The notes: a model not told the origin generated them from the letters alone. A stretch of 64,000 bases of DNA from Malacoraja senta (GCA_038087875.1 CM075977.1:133610001-133674000); one strand, 5' to 3'; numbered from the stretch's first letter, positions 13,044 through 25,992 are shown. Made by a program: numbers and translations.

Positions 13044-13349
13044 AATTCTTCTGTCTAACGACGGCTAGACAGGTCGGGGTCACCAATTTAGCAGTTTGAG
13101 AAACGACTACAGGAGTTTCAACCAAAAACTTAATTCGAAAGTAAGTTGCAGTACACAGGTTTGTCAAACACGTCTGACCACATCGGTGGTCAGCACTGAA
13201 CTAACTCGCGCCAAGGGAAAACCGCGCGAAAACAACGGCCCCTCACGTGACCGCGGCTTCCGAACGCCACTACAATACGATATTCAGCATTTAGTCGATT
13301 TAATTTTAATGTTTTAATTTAATATTCTTGTAAAAAATTTTAGACTTTA

Positions 13350-13655
13350 CTTTAGACTTTAGAGATACAGCGCGGAAGCAAACCCTTCGACCCACTGATT
13401 CCGTGCTGATCAGCAATCACCCCATACACAAACACTATCCTACACACTAGGGACAATTTACAATTTTACTGAAGCCAATTAACCTGCAAACTCGCACGCC
13501 TTAGGAGTGTGGTAGGAAACCAGAGCATCTGAAGAAAACCCACAATGTCACGGAGAACGTGTAAACTCCGTACCGACAGCACTTCTCGTTTGAATTGAAC
13601 CCTCAGTCTCTGGCACTGTATGGCAGCAACTCTACCGTGCGTTACAGTGCCGCTG
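13350..13655 (-). mobile_element. HE1/V-SINE-like SINE
   Basis: (tttaga)n tail, agagatacagcgcggaa, ggtaggaaaccagagca core. Confidence 0.8.
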
Positions 13656-13687
13656 TCTTTCGTGTTTGTATACTTGTGTTACATTTT

Positions 13688-13818
13688 TTTGAAGAAGGGT
13701 CCTGACCTGAAACGTCATCAATCCATGTTCTCCAGAGATGCTCCTTGACTTGCTGAGTTTCTCCAGCACTTTGTGTCCTTTTGTGTAAATTAGCATCGAC
13801 AATTCCTTATTTCTACAT
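13688..13818 (+). mobile_element. Penelope-like terminal repeat with hammerhead-like core
   Basis: TGAAGA-AGGGTCCTGACCT-GAAACGTC at 13690-13716, then the tccagagatgct...ctccagcactttgtgtc module. Confidence 0.65.
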
Positions 13819-14772
13819 TTTGACTTTTTTTGCTAGCTCTGGCAGCTGGAGGAGTTAGAGAGCATGGTTATTTGATGATCAGGACTGTTTCAAGCCTGCT
13901 CTGTGTGACTGTGTTTACATGTCCAAGGTTTGGCCGCACAAGGCCGCATCATTGAATGTTGGGTCAATTTAATGTGCAAGGTAACAACTGTAATTCCACA
14001 AGTGGTACATGTTTTAATCCACCATGCAAGTCCAGCGGCTAATCACCAGCAGGAGATATTGGCCATTTATCAAGGCAACTGACTTCTGTAATGGTGACCT
14101 GTTTTTGAGAACAAATATAATGTAGTCGGGGCTCGATGGGTATGATAAAGAAAAGAAGCAAGGAAATGCTGATTTACCAAGGAAAGACACAAAATGCTGG
14201 AGTAATAGCAGCATGCCGAGAGAACATGGAGAGGTGACATTTTGGGTTGAGACCCTTCTGACTCTTCAGTGTTCAGGAGATGAACACGGCAGCTGTTCCA
14301 GACAGTTCTGTGAATAAATAAATCATTGCTGATCCCAAGCTCAAAAAACAGTTTACTGGGTACATTAGGATATGGACCAGACACAAGCAAGTGGGATTTG
14401 TGAAGATGGGGCATCTTGGTCAGCATAAGCAAGTTGGGCTGAAAGGTCTGTTTCCGTGCTGTATGACCATGGCTCTGCGACTCGTCAGCTGTTTGATTAA
14501 ATAAGTCATAACTGATACTAAGCTCAAAACCTAGTTTACTGCTCCAGCCTCCGAGTCAGAGGTTGAGGATCAAATTGTACTGTCAAGTGACATTCTTTAC
14601 CACGTTCTTGTACGCTCTCCATTGGGGTGTAACATATCTAATCTCAACCTTCTCCAACGCCTCCACATTCTTCCTGTAATGAGGTTTATTTCTTATTTCT
14701 TGATGTTTGATTTGCTGATTTTGGGAATTCAGGAAGGCGACACCATGCTGTTCTTGACCTGTTGAATTTTAG

Positions 14773-14812
14773 AAGGTGAAGGAGATAGGAGAAGGTGTCA
14801 ATGTAAAAATTA
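14773..14812 (+). CDS. Weak candidate exon (KVKEIGEGVNVKI)
   Basis: ttttag acceptor and A|gtaaga donor. 40 nt, phase 0-1, which would bridge the phases of exons 3630-3704 and 15322-15393. Confidence 0.25.
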
Positions 14813-15321
14813 GTAAGATGCTACAATACCCTTTGCAGGAATATATATTACAACTGTGTCTATATTACCTTCACAATGCTTCGGTGATGAACTGGGTTAC
14901 TACTGAGATCTCAGGATTGCCCATCAAATAAATTTCATTGGAAGTAAACTTTATCGCTAATTTCAATAGCTGAGTATTTTCGTACTAAATTGGGTTGAAA
15001 ATATATATTTAAATAATTGATGAGCTATATTTTAAGCAGTGGGAAATCTTTGCAGAGAAGAATGAGCTATTCACCTTAAGATACCCTATCTCTGTTCTGT
15101 TACTGGCAGAGGTCTGTCTGGTCCATTGAACATCTGACCAGCTGTAGTTTAGTTTAGAGATACAGCGTGGAAACAGGCCCTTCGTCCCACAGTCCACACT
15201 GACCAGCGATCCCTACATATTAACACTACCCGACACACACTGGGGACATTTTTACATTATACCAAGCCAATGAACTAAGTGTCATAATTTTATACTCTCA
15301 TTTTATGTACATTTTATGTAG

Positions 15322-15393
15322 AGTTCATTATGTTCAAGGGAACCGGCCAGAAACGTGCACCTGTTCAGAGTGACAAAGTGAAGGAATGCAATG
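15322..15393 (+). CDS. Candidate exon (xFIMFKGTGQKRAPVQSDKVKECN)
   Basis: T-rich tract plus tgtag acceptor and ATG|gtaagc donor. 72 nt, and only the phase-1 frame is open. Confidence 0.55.
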
Positions 15394-15424
15394 GTAAGCA
15401 ATGTCACAAGTTCACAGACGATAT

Positions 15425-15835
15425 GAGTAGAATTAGGTCATTCGGCCTATCGCGACTACTCCCCATTCAATCATGGCCTCCTAATCACATTTTCCTGCCT
15501 CTCCCCATAACCCTTGACACCCGTTCTAATCAAGAATTTGTCTAGCTCTGCCTTAAAAATATCCACTGTCTTGGCCTCCACAGCCCTCTGTGGCAATGAG
15601 TTCCACAGATTAACTACCCTCTGACTAAAGGAGTTCCTCCTCCACGTATTTCTAAGAGCTCCCTTTAATTCTGAGGCTATGACTCTGGTCCTAGACTCTC
15701 CCACCAGTAGAAACATCCTTTCCACATCCACTCTATCTATGCCTTTCATTATTCTGTAGGGTTCAACCTTCCAAACTCCAGCAAATAGAGGCCCAGTGCT
15801 GTCAAATGCCCCATCATATACTAACCCACTCATTC
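15425..15835 (-). mobile_element. CR1 LINE 3' fragment
   Basis: ORF 15471..15833 (VGESRTR...SQRVVNLWNSLPQRAVEA) plus a CR1 3' UTR. Confidence 0.9.
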
Positions 15836-16195
15836 CTGAATTATGTCCAACGTAATAATTGTAAATGCAGCTTTATGTAACATACGGCAGATGAACTTTT
15901 GAAAGTAATGTCAGATTGTACTTCATAGGATGCAGAGAAACCTCAAAGGTTCACATTTACAATAACATAGATCAGCCATTGAATTTAGGAATCTGACTCT
16001 CCATAGCAAAACTTTCTGCACCTCAGCAAGGTCTGAGAGAAAATATTTGTTGGCCTATCCATCATTATGTCTGAAACCAGTTCCAACGATAGAATTTCTG
16101 TCTGATCGATGAAAGCTGCCAGATGTTGATAATTGGGTAAACATTCAAAAGTGATATTTTGATAGTAATCCATAAAGCAAACATTTTCAAAGTCT

Positions 16196-16398
16196 TGGGT
16201 AGGAAGGAACTGCAGGTGCTGGTTTACATCAAAGAGGGAAAAAAAAGTTGGAGGAACTCAGTGGGACAGGCAGCATCTCTAGATAGAAGGAATGGGTGAT
16301 GTTTCGAGTCGAGACCCTGCTTCAGTCTGAAAGGTCATCCATTCCTTCTATCCAGAAATGCTGCGTATTCCTCTGTGTTACTCCAGCATTTTGTGTCT
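16196..16398. mobile_element. Fold-back Penelope-derived mini-element with 13-bp TSD
   Basis: Inverted arms of the ggaactgcag/ctggagtaactc module. TSD ATTTTCAAAGTCT at 16183-16195 and 16399-16411. Confidence 0.7.
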
Positions 16399-16999
16399 AT
16401 TTTCAAAGTCTGTTGAAATAATGTATTTGTGGGTTCCAATGTGTTTTTGCACTGTATGTGTGGAGACATCCCATAATCAGCATGCAGGAGCACATACCAT
16501 ACCTGTTTAGGAGACCACAACACATTTACCTTTAAATTCCTGACATATTAACATAACATGTCCATTTCAAGGAGAAGTTCCTGTCCTGGCTTCAAGCATT
16601 AGCCTTCATCACATGCTGAGAAATCGTGCAGCATTAGCTGGTGTTTGCCAATGCATTGCTAGTTTAGTTTAGAGATACAGCGTGGAAAAAGGCCCTTTGG
16701 CCCACCGAGTGCATGCCGATCAGCGATACTAACGCTATCCTATGCACACTAAGGAGAATTTACATTCATACCAACCCAATTATCCTACAAATCTGTACGT
16801 CTTTGGAGTGTTGGAGAAAACTGGAGCTTCACAGGCAGGTCACGAGAAGAATGTACACACTCCATACAGACAAGCACCCATGGTCAGGATTGAACCTAGG
16901 TCTGGCGCTGTAAGACAGCAACTCTAACGCTGTGCCACCAATTGGGAAAGGCTACCTACACAAAGTTTGAAAATGATTCCACTTTCATTTTCATGGTAG

Positions 17000-17031
17000 G
17001 ACAGGATGCCAAAATATGATGATCTGCAGTG
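17000..17031 (+). CDS. Candidate last coding exon (GQDAKI, then tandem TGA TGA)
   Basis: ttcattttcatggtag acceptor and GTG|gtaagt consensus donor. In phase with exon 15322-15393 it gives stops at 17017-17022. Confidence 0.45.
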
Positions 17032-17368
17032 GTAAGTCTTCAATTTATTTTTTTTGTTCAAATTTGTATCAAATTTTGAAATGGTTAAGGCAGGGACGGG
17101 GTACTGATTGTGGATGATCAGCTATTATATTGAATGGCGGTGCTGACTCGAAGGGCCGAATTGCCTACTCCTGCACCTATTGTCTATTGTTAGTTATCAT
17201 CTTGTTAAGATCTAAATCCAATAATCTCTCAAATCCTTAATTGCATGTTGATTAACTGGCCATTGTTTTCATTCTTCCCCTGACTAAATCTAATTTCCTT
17301 TAGTTTTTTTAATGTTGTATCATGTTGTGACATTTGGTATTTTAAGGTGTGCAAGTTCTATTGATTAA

Positions 17369-18209
17369 AGGGCCTGTCCCACTGCGGCGACCTAATTCGT
17401 GAGTTTAGAAGAGTTTGCCCTCGACTCATACTCACAGCATGGTTGACACGAGGTTCTTGGAGGTCTTTGTAACTCTCCTTCATGCTCGAGACTAGTCCCA
17501 GCGTACTCGAGGCCTCAGTTAGGTCGTGGCGTTTTTTTCAGCAAGCTGAAAAATGCCCTTGAGTAAAAAACGGTTGCCATGGGAAAAAAAAATCGATATT
17601 TTTTTACTCGTATGTTTAGTCGAGGTAGGTCGTAGTAGGTCGTAATGCTATCGTAGGTAATTGAAGGCAATGGAAGGTAATCGAAGGTAGTCGAAGGTAA
17701 AGCTTGTTGAGAAAAAAAAGGTAAGTAAACCGACCGGTAATGTTAAATGCCCACTAAACTTTATTAAAAGTTGTCTGGCTTCTTAAAAGTGTCTCCCCCC
17801 CTTCTCCACTCCTTCTCCACTCCTTCTCCACTCCTTCTCCACTCCTTCTCCACTCCTTCTCCACTCCTTCTCCACTCCTTCTCCACTCCTTCTCCACTCC
17901 TTCTCCACTCCTTCTCCACTCCTTCTCCACTCCTTCTCCCCCCTTCACCCCCCTTCTCCCCCCTTCTCTCCCCCTGTGTCTTTTACCTTCCTGTTCATTG
18001 CGGGTATGAATTTCAGACAGCATTCCCCCGCTTTCCCTGGCCCCCGCCTTTGCGATGCGTTTGTGTGTGCGTGTGTGTGTGCAGACGGTTGAACCAGCTC
18101 GCGGTTTCATCGCTGACGGTCGATCCAGCTCGAGGTTTTTCAGGCGAGTGCCCTCGAGATTGAAGGTCGAAGACAGTCGCTGAAAAGTCACGATAGTGGG
18201 ACAGGCCCT
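17369..18209. mobile_element. Non-autonomous PIF/Harbinger DNA transposon
   Basis: TIRs AGGGCCTGTCCCACT / AGTGGGACAGGCCCT and a 3-bp TAA TSD (17366-17368, 18210-18212). Confidence 0.9.
17802..17940 (+). repeat. 11-bp minisatellite (TCTCCACTCCT)n inside the Harbinger element
   Basis: Directly visible tandem array of about 12 units. Confidence 0.95.
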
Positions 18210-18448
18210 TAAGAAACCTTGTCAAGCAGAATTGGAAAGCAATTAAATACAATGTGCTGAGCATCATTTGCTATTCTGCTTGTGATAATTTGAAATACAT
18301 CTTATATGGAGCATTGCCATAACAACAACATCTAAACCTGAGACATTTGCCAAACATTAACAAAATATGCTCTAATGGATTTAAACGAGAAACGAAATAT
18401 GAATTTTATAAATGCCCATCTGGTTTAAATATGTTTTGTTCATTGTAG

Positions 18449-18740
18449 GTTGTTGAGGAGTTGATAGTCATCAACCCATTCACACGATTGGACTATTGTT
18501 TAGAAATAGAAGCGTTTTCCCCACGGTGTTTGCATGGTTTACAGATAAATTGTTTCCTTTTGTACAACAATTGCCAGCATTTACCAGATAAAATGATAGA
18601 ACTTAATCTTCAGATGATGGTTCAGAAATGTTAATTTGTTTAGCCTGCACATTTAGCCATTGCCGTGATTTTTTGGTGTTGTTTCAGAATTCATAACTTG
18701 CTGTAGAAAGAGCTTAATAAACTGAGTGCATGCTAGATCC
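18449..18740 (+). other. Candidate terminal (3' UTR) exon
   Basis: gttttgttcattgtag acceptor downstream of the 17032 donor, and AATAAA at 18716-18721. Confidence 0.3.
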
Positions 18741-19361
18741 AGTGCATGAAATCTTGGGCAGAGGAAATCAAAATTTGACACCTCTTGTCAATTTCTTAAA
18801 AAAAAAAGAATATCTACCTTGTTGGACGCTGTTGACAAGAAAATTAGGTAATAGAAATAATACTCTGATGGCAGCATCTGTTTGATTCTGTAGGTAAGTT
18901 GATGTGCTATTATCATAAATTTAAATATTAATTAAAACAGTGTCCTCAGGGGACAATCCACCTTTAGCAGGCCTGAATCACATCCTTACAAAATATTGAG
19001 CAACATGAGTAAATTACCATTCAAGCTTCAAGATTCTCTATGTAGATAATATGCCTAATTATTGACATTCATGTCATATCATGTACAATTTGGTACTTTT
19101 ACACTCCAGACTGATTGTAGTCAGTCCCTGGGGTACTGACTGTGCTGCAGTTTGCAATCCATCTCAAACTACTGTTAAATACTTTGCTTCCTCTGAGTTT
19201 TAAAGTTTTAAATACATGGTGCATAGTGTGTATATTCATTTGATAACACTGCTGTGGTGCCCATTGGGATGTTTTGCTTTCTTAGTGGTTCTATACTAAT
19301 ACAAGGTGTCACTTGTTTAATTTAAAGAGGGCTTTGTGGACAGTTGCTCCACCCCCCCCCC

Positions 19362-19365
<4 letters not shown>

Positions 19366-19403
<38 letters not shown>
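19366..19403 (+). repeat. (CA)n microsatellite
   Basis: Direct observation. Confidence 0.97.
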
Positions 19404-19405
<2 letters not shown>

Positions 19406-20029
19406 TAGTCCGAAGAAGGGTCCCATCCCAACCTGAAACATTGCCTATCCATATTCTCCAGGAAGGATGCCTGAGCCGCTGAGTTACTCCAGCATTTTGT
19501 GTACTTTTTGTAATGCCACATCTGCAGTTCCTTGTTTTTAGAGATTAAAAGTGATCCATTTCCACATGTGAAGATTGCGGTGTTTATTTTGGAAGTCAGA
19601 AACCTACGAAGATGTATTTAAAAAAAAATCATTTTTGGGGTGTGGGCATCACCGTCGTGGTTAGTATTTATTCCCCGTCGCTGATGGTGCTTGAGAAAGT
19701 GGCATTGATTTGCCGCCTCGGATTGCTGTCACCCTTCTGGTGAAAGTACTCCCAGAGTGCTGTTAGATAAGAAGTTCCAGGATTTAGAGCCAGCAACTGT
19801 TCCAAATCAGAATGGCATGTAACATGGTCTGTAAAATTGCAGGACGTACTGTCTCTTCTATCCTTGACCGTTTTGGAAGTTGAGGCCATGGTTTTGGGCT
19901 GCTGCAGGAGTAGCTAAGCAGTGCATTTTGTAGATTGTACACACTACAGCCACTGTGTGCTGCTTGGTGGAGGGGGTGAGTGTTTTATGGGAAAGGATGC
20001 GCTGCAGATCAACTCTGTCTCCAATTGCT

Positions 20030-21220
20030 TCCAGGAAACCTCAATCATCACAGCACCCAAGATAACAAAATAAAATGACCTATCTCAATGACTACTGTTC
20101 AGTAGCTTAAATATTGATCACAAAGAAGTGCTATAAGGTCATAAGCGATAAGAGTAGAATTTGGACATTCAGCCCATCAAGTCTACTCCACCATTCAATC
20201 ATGGCTGATCTATCTCTCCCTCCTAAACCCACTCTCCTGCCTTCTCCCCATAACCTCTGACACCTGTACTAATCAAGAATCTATCTATCTCTGCCTTAAA
20301 AATATCCACTGACTTGGCCTCCACAGCCTTCTGTGGCAAAGAATTCCACAGATTCACCACCCTCTGACTAAAGAAATGTCTCCCCATCTCCATTCCTAAA
20401 AGAATGCCCTTTAATTCTGAGGCTATGATAGATTGGAATGACCCACATTTGCACCAGTTATCTGGACAATCAAGACCTCTTATAATTTGCAGACAGGAAA
20501 AATAGGCCTATGGAGGACACCATCTCTTTTGCACGACCCTCAATCACTTTAACAATAAGACAATCTCTGTCAGGATGTGATTAATACTCAGCCGCCAGCA
20601 CCACAATACCAAGTAAGTGAACATCTAAACTTCTGGGTTTGGCCTTGGGGCATCCATCTACATCTGGCTTCTGGACATTGTGACCATTAGAACTCGGTCT
20701 GTTAGAATTAGACTTAACATTTCTTCCACCCTGACCCTCAGCACTGGTGCCCCACAAAGTTGTGTGGTCAGCCCCTTGTTCTATCCCCTGTATACCCATG
20801 TCTGGACAACATCAACTAAATCTTTAACTTTTGTGGTAATACCACTGTTGTCATCGTGATCTACAACAATAATAAAATGAAGAACAGGAAAGAGACTGAG
20901 GACCTTGTTGCATGGTGTCAGAACAATAACATACCCCTTAACGTCAGCAAGATGAAAAAGTTGAATAATGTCCTCGGGAAACAAGAGGGTAGACCCAACC
21001 CTGTCCTCAACGGAGCTGCTGTAGGGATAGTCAATAGCTTCAAGTTCTTGTGCATTCATATTTTCATCAAATTGACCTTTGATGTGATGATCAAAAAACA
21101 CATCAGTGCATTTACTTTTTTAGCCATCTGAGAAGATTGTGCATGTCCTCAAGGCTTCTCCCAAATTTTTCTAGATGCAAAATAGAACATATCTTGACAG
21201 TCTACATCTCACCCTGCTCA
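20030..21220 (+). mobile_element. Degraded Rex1/Babar-like LINE RT fragment, interrupted by a CR1 3' end (about 20138-20428, minus strand)
   Basis: agcactggtgccccacaa (STGAPQG-like) and ORF 20856..21131 LVAWCQNNNIPLNVSKMK...VNSFKFL. Confidence 0.75.
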
Positions 21221-21234
21221 TATCATAGATCATA

Positions 21235-22290
21235 AACACAGGAACAGAATTAGGTGATTCAGCTCATCAAATCTAATTCACTATTTGATCATTGCAGATC
21301 ATTTCGTTTTCCTTCTCAACCCCATTCTCCTACCTTTCACCCATAATCTTTGATGCCCATGCAAGAACCTATTAATCTCCGCTTTAAAAATACCCAATGA
21401 TTTGGCTTCCATAGCCATCTGTGGCAATGAATTCCACAGATTCACTACCCTCTGGCTAAAGAAGTTCCTCCTCGTCTCCAGTCTAAAAGTACGTCCTTTT
21501 AATGAGGCCGTGTCTTCTTGTCCTAGACTCTCCCACTGCTGAAAATATCCTTTCCACGTCCACTTTATCTAGGCCTTTCATTATTTCACAGATTTCAATG
21601 AGATTCTTCCTCATACTTATAAACTTCAGCAAGCCATTAAACTCTCCTCATATGTTAACCCTATCATCTCTGGGATAATTCTCATAAACCTCTTCTGGAA
21701 ATTCTATAATACCAGCGCATCTTTCCTCAGATATGTGGCCCAAAACTGCTCACAATATTCCAAATGTGGTCTGACAAGCACATTTTAAAGACTTTGCATT
21801 ACTTTCTTGTTTTTACATTCTAGTCCTTGAAATGAATGCTAACTTTGCATTTGCCTCCCTTACTACCGACTCTACCTGCAAATTTACCTTTTGGGAATCC
21901 TCCTCCAGCACTCCAAAGTCCTTTTGTACCTCCAATTTCTGAATCCTCTCCCCATTTAGAAAATAGTCTACACCTTTGTTCCTTCCACCTAAGTGGAATA
22001 TGTACATTTTGCAAAGCAGTATTCCATTTTGCCACTTCTTTGCTCACTCTCCTAACCTGTCCAAATCCTTCTGCAGGTTCCCTGCTTCCTCAACACTACC
22101 TGCCCCTCCACCTATATTTGTATCATCCGCAAAGTTGGCCAAAAGGCCATCGATTCCATCATGCAAATCATTAACATGTAATGTGAAAAGTAGCGGACCT
22201 ACCACTGAACCATTGCGGAACATTAGTCGCTGGCAACAAACCAGAAAAGGTCTTCTTTATTCCCAAGCCTTGCCTTTTGCCAGTCATAAA
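21235..22290 (-). mobile_element. Degraded CR1 LINE 3' portion
   Basis: ORF 21813..22007 (HLGGRNKGVDYFLNGERIQK) and a CR1 tail. Confidence 0.85.
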
Positions 22291-23409
22291 CTCAAGTAAA
22301 TTGATTCTTGAAAAAATAATTGGCCTCTCCTTTCGCCTCCTAAATCTTTGCCTTCCAATCACCTTTGAAATCAGGAGGTCTCGGATCCTGTGCAAAGTGT
22401 AACCCGAAGCAAACTTCAAGAGGCAATTTATATCATAATCAAGATGGAGTCTCACTCAGTCACTTCCGCTTCTCCCCCCTCCCATCAGACAAGAGGTAGA
22501 GAAGTGTGAAAATGCACATCTCCAGATTCAGAGACCATTTCTTCACTGCTGTTATCAGGCACTTAAACTATCCTACCAACAACTAGAGAGCAGTCCTGAG
22601 CTTTTATCTACCTCATTGAAGACCCTCGGACTATCCTTAATCAGACTTTACTGGGCTTTATCTTGCACTAAACGTTCCTCCATTTATCATGTGGACAGCT
22701 CGATTATAATCATGTATAGTCTTTCCACTGACTGGTTAGACACTACAAAAAGCTTTCCGCTGTACCTTGGTACACGTGACAATAAACTAAACTATGTATA
22801 AGTATAAGAAGGGAATTCCAGCCAGACTGATCCACTCTACTATCTCTGGGGAATTCAATTCTGTAGTGAGATTCAGTCAACTGAAACTGTTAGGATGTCT
22901 AAGACTTCTGCCTCTCACATGCTTGGAAACCTGAGATATAGTCCGGTTACAGTGGCTGAACATGGGCCGTTCTGATGGGAATCGCAGGGAAGTGTCAGCC
23001 CCGGACAGCACAATGCAATATGAATACTAAAACAAAAGCAGACAAAAAGAGAAAGAAAAAAATGAAATATTTAGATTTGAAACCTAAATGGAACCAGCTA
23101 CATGAGTCTGAAACATGAGATGCTGAGGTGTCTAGACGGGGTGGATATTGAGAATGGGTTTTCCCTTGTGGGACTACCTAGAACTTAAGGTCACCAATTT
23201 AAAAATAAGGGGTCACCCATTTAAGACAGATGCGATTTTCTTTATTTTGCAAACATTGTAACTGGATTGTTTCCTCAAATAGTAATGACAGCTGAATACG
23301 AGCAGACTATTAAAACCAAACTATTTTTAATACCAGGGTTAAAGGGAATTTTGACAAGGTTGAAAGTAAGAAGGAACGTGGAGGACATAGTAGGATCAAT
23401 CATGGTATT

Positions 23410-23890
23410 GGCTTATTACTGTCATGTATACTGAGATACAGTGAAAAACTATGTACGAGCAATCCAGTCAAATCATACATTCAAGCCATACATAGTTACA
23501 ACAGCCAGTGCAAAGAAGAATATACCAGAATGTAGTGTTACAGCATTATAGCATAACAGTTACAGAGAAACTGTTAAAAACAGATTTTAAAAGATTAAGA
23601 GCTGCAATTAGATAGTTTGGGAGATTCGGGCAACACCCTTGGATTATGAGTGATCCATTTAGTAGTTTGTTAACAGTGGGGAAGAAGCTGTTTCTGAATC
23701 TGATGGTATGTGCTTTCAAGCTTTTGTATCTTTGTCCTGACAGGAGAAGAGGGAATGACAAATGTGGAAGTTGTTCTTGATTATGTTGGCTGCTTTCGTG
23801 AGGCAGTGTGTCATGTAGCTGGAGTTAATGGAGGGGAGCGGGAGGGTGGGGAGGCTGGTTTGTGCGATGGATTTGGCCACATCCACACCT
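23410..23890 (-). mobile_element. Rex1/Babar-like LINE 3' end
   Basis: HCLTKAANIIK and RYKSLKAHTIRFRNSFFP motifs. Confidence 0.75.
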
Positions 23891-24024
23891 CTGCAATCAT
23901 CTTGTTGAATGGTGAAGCAGGTTGGATTGGCCAAGTGGCTGAAGTCTGTTCCTCATTCACATGTTCATGTGATGCACCAAAGAAGTGCAAAATCCAAGAT
24001 AAATCATGCATATTTTCCCCCAGT

Positions 24025-24985
24025 TCAATAGACAATAGACAATAGGTGCAGGAGTATTCTTAAACTGTGGTCCCTGGTTCTGGACTCCCCCAACATCAGG
24101 AACATGTTTCCTGCCTCCAGCGTGTCCAAACCCTTAACAATCTTATATGTTTCAATAAGATATCCTCTCATCCTTCTAAACTCCAGAGTGTACAAGCACA
24201 GCTGCTTCATTCTCTCAGCATATGACAGTCCCGCCATCCCGGGAATTAACCTTCTAAACCTACGCTGCACTCCCTCAATAGCAAGAATGTCTTTCCTCAA
24301 ATTAGGGGACCAAAACTGCACACAATACTCCAGGTGTGGTCTCACTAGCGCTCTGTACAACTGTAGAAGGACATCTTTGCTCCTATACTCGACTCCTCTT
24401 GTTATAAAGGCCAACATGCCATTTGATTTTTTCACTGCCTGCTGTACCTGCATGCTTACTTTCATAGACTGATGAACAAGGACCCCCAGATCTCGCTGTA
24501 CTTCCCCTTTTCCCAATTTGACGCCATTTAGATAGTAATCTGCCTTCATGTTTTTGCTACCAAAGTGGATAACCTCACATTTCTCCACATTAAACGTCAT
24601 CAGCCATGCATCCGCCCACTCCACCAACCTGTCCAAGTCGCCCTGCATTCTCATAGCATCCTCCTCACAGTTCACACTGCCACCCAGCTTTGTGTCATCT
24701 GCAAATTTGCTAATGTTACTTTGAATCCCTTCATCGAAATCATTGATGTATATTGTAAATAGACAATAGACAATAGGTGCAGGAGTAGGCCATACGGCCC
24801 TTCTAGCCAGCACCGCCATTCAATGTGATCATGGCTGATCATCCACAATCAGTACCCCGTTCTTGCCTTCTCCCCATATCCCCTGACTCCGCTATATTCA
24901 AGAGCACTATCTAGCTCTCTCTTGAAAGTTTCCAGAGAACTGGCCTCCACTGAGGCAGAGAATTCCACAGACTCACAACTCTCTC
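24025..24985 (-). mobile_element. Rearranged CR1 copy with two 3' tails
   Basis: ORF 24025..24819 (FADDTKLGG, LYRALVRPHLEYCVQFWSP). The tail caatagacaataggtgcaggagta is present at both 24032 and about 24764. Confidence 0.85.
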
Positions 24986-25764
24986 ACTTGCTAAACTAAC
25001 TACTTGTTATAAAACTGAGCCATGTAGAGCAAGATGATACCAGTCTGTTGCATGGTCTGTTCTGAATGAGCTGATATTCGGTATCTAAGAGGTGCGTATA
25101 GTCATTTGGTCTCAGCACATCGGGGAGAGCACAAAGGTATTTTTCTGTTAACCATTCAGGGTTGCTTGTTTTGTGTGTGAACATGTTTGCTAATCCATGC
25201 CAAGGCAGATGCATGTGTGTAGGAATCCAGCTGTGACACTTGGTAATTTCAAGTAAACTTTCAAAATAAACCTTTATTTAGGCTGAAACATGAGTGGTTA
25301 ATTTGGATAGATGCATCAATAACTGCTGCCTTTCTGAAGTGAGCTGTTGCATGAATTTTATGGACAGGAGCAAATTGGGATGGGATGTGGCAGAGGTGTT
25401 TGGACAGTAGTGGTGGTGGTAGTTTTGGTCGTTGTGCTGTGATCATGGTAAGTTACCGACTTAAATAAAATATCTAGTCCTTGTGGAGCAGCAGGAGAAT
25501 GGCAGCAAGAGTCAAATAATATGTGAGGGTGGCTGGACAGCTGCAGACAAAATGGGTAATGAAGATTTGACGGAAAGTTTTGGTGTTTCCATATTCTGCA
25601 CATTTTGTGGAAGAGAGTGAATGAAGAACATAAATACTGTTGATGATGATGATATTGTGGTTAGAGTGGATAATTAGTTGTAGTAATAGGGACACTGTTG
25701 TCTACAGTGAAATTAGAATTGTAAGACTGTCTGAAGAACAGATAGAATGATATAAAACCACGTG

Positions 25765-25992
25765 TAGGAAGGAACTGCAGATGTTGGTTTACACTGAAGA
25801 TAGACATAAAATGCTGGAGTAACTGAGCGGGTCAGGCAGTATCTCTGGAAAAAAGGAATAGGTGACATTTTGGGTCGGGACCCTTCCGTCTGAAGAAGGG
25901 GTTTGACCCGAAACGCCACCTATTCTCCTTTTCTCCAGAGTTGCTGCCTGACCTGTTGAGTTACAGTACTCCAGCATTTTATGTCCATTTTC
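25765..25992. mobile_element. Fold-back Penelope-derived element with central hammerhead-like core
   Basis: Inverted arms centred near 25888, with CTGAAGA (25890-25896)...GACCC-GAAAC (25910-25914). Confidence 0.75.

Larger units (their letters stand above)
8927..13274 (-). mobile_element. Full-length Gypsy LTR retrotransposon, CsRn1-like clade, frameshifted
   Basis: LTRs 13087-13274 (5') and 8927-9153 (3'). 4-bp TSD ATAC at 8923-8926 and 13275-13278. PBS TGGTGACCCCGAC is complementary to the tRNA-Trp 3' end, and a G-rich PPT adjoins the 3' LTR. Domain order is gag-PR-RT-RH-IN. Confidence 0.95.

Noticed and set aside
17802-17940. CRISPR-like array
   Set aside because: Tandem units without unique spacers, eukaryotic context, and no cas genes anywhere in the window.
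17754-18191. ORFs with repeated EKEWRRSGEGV / LLHSFSTPSP
   Set aside because: Translation of the 11-bp minisatellite inside a Harbinger element.
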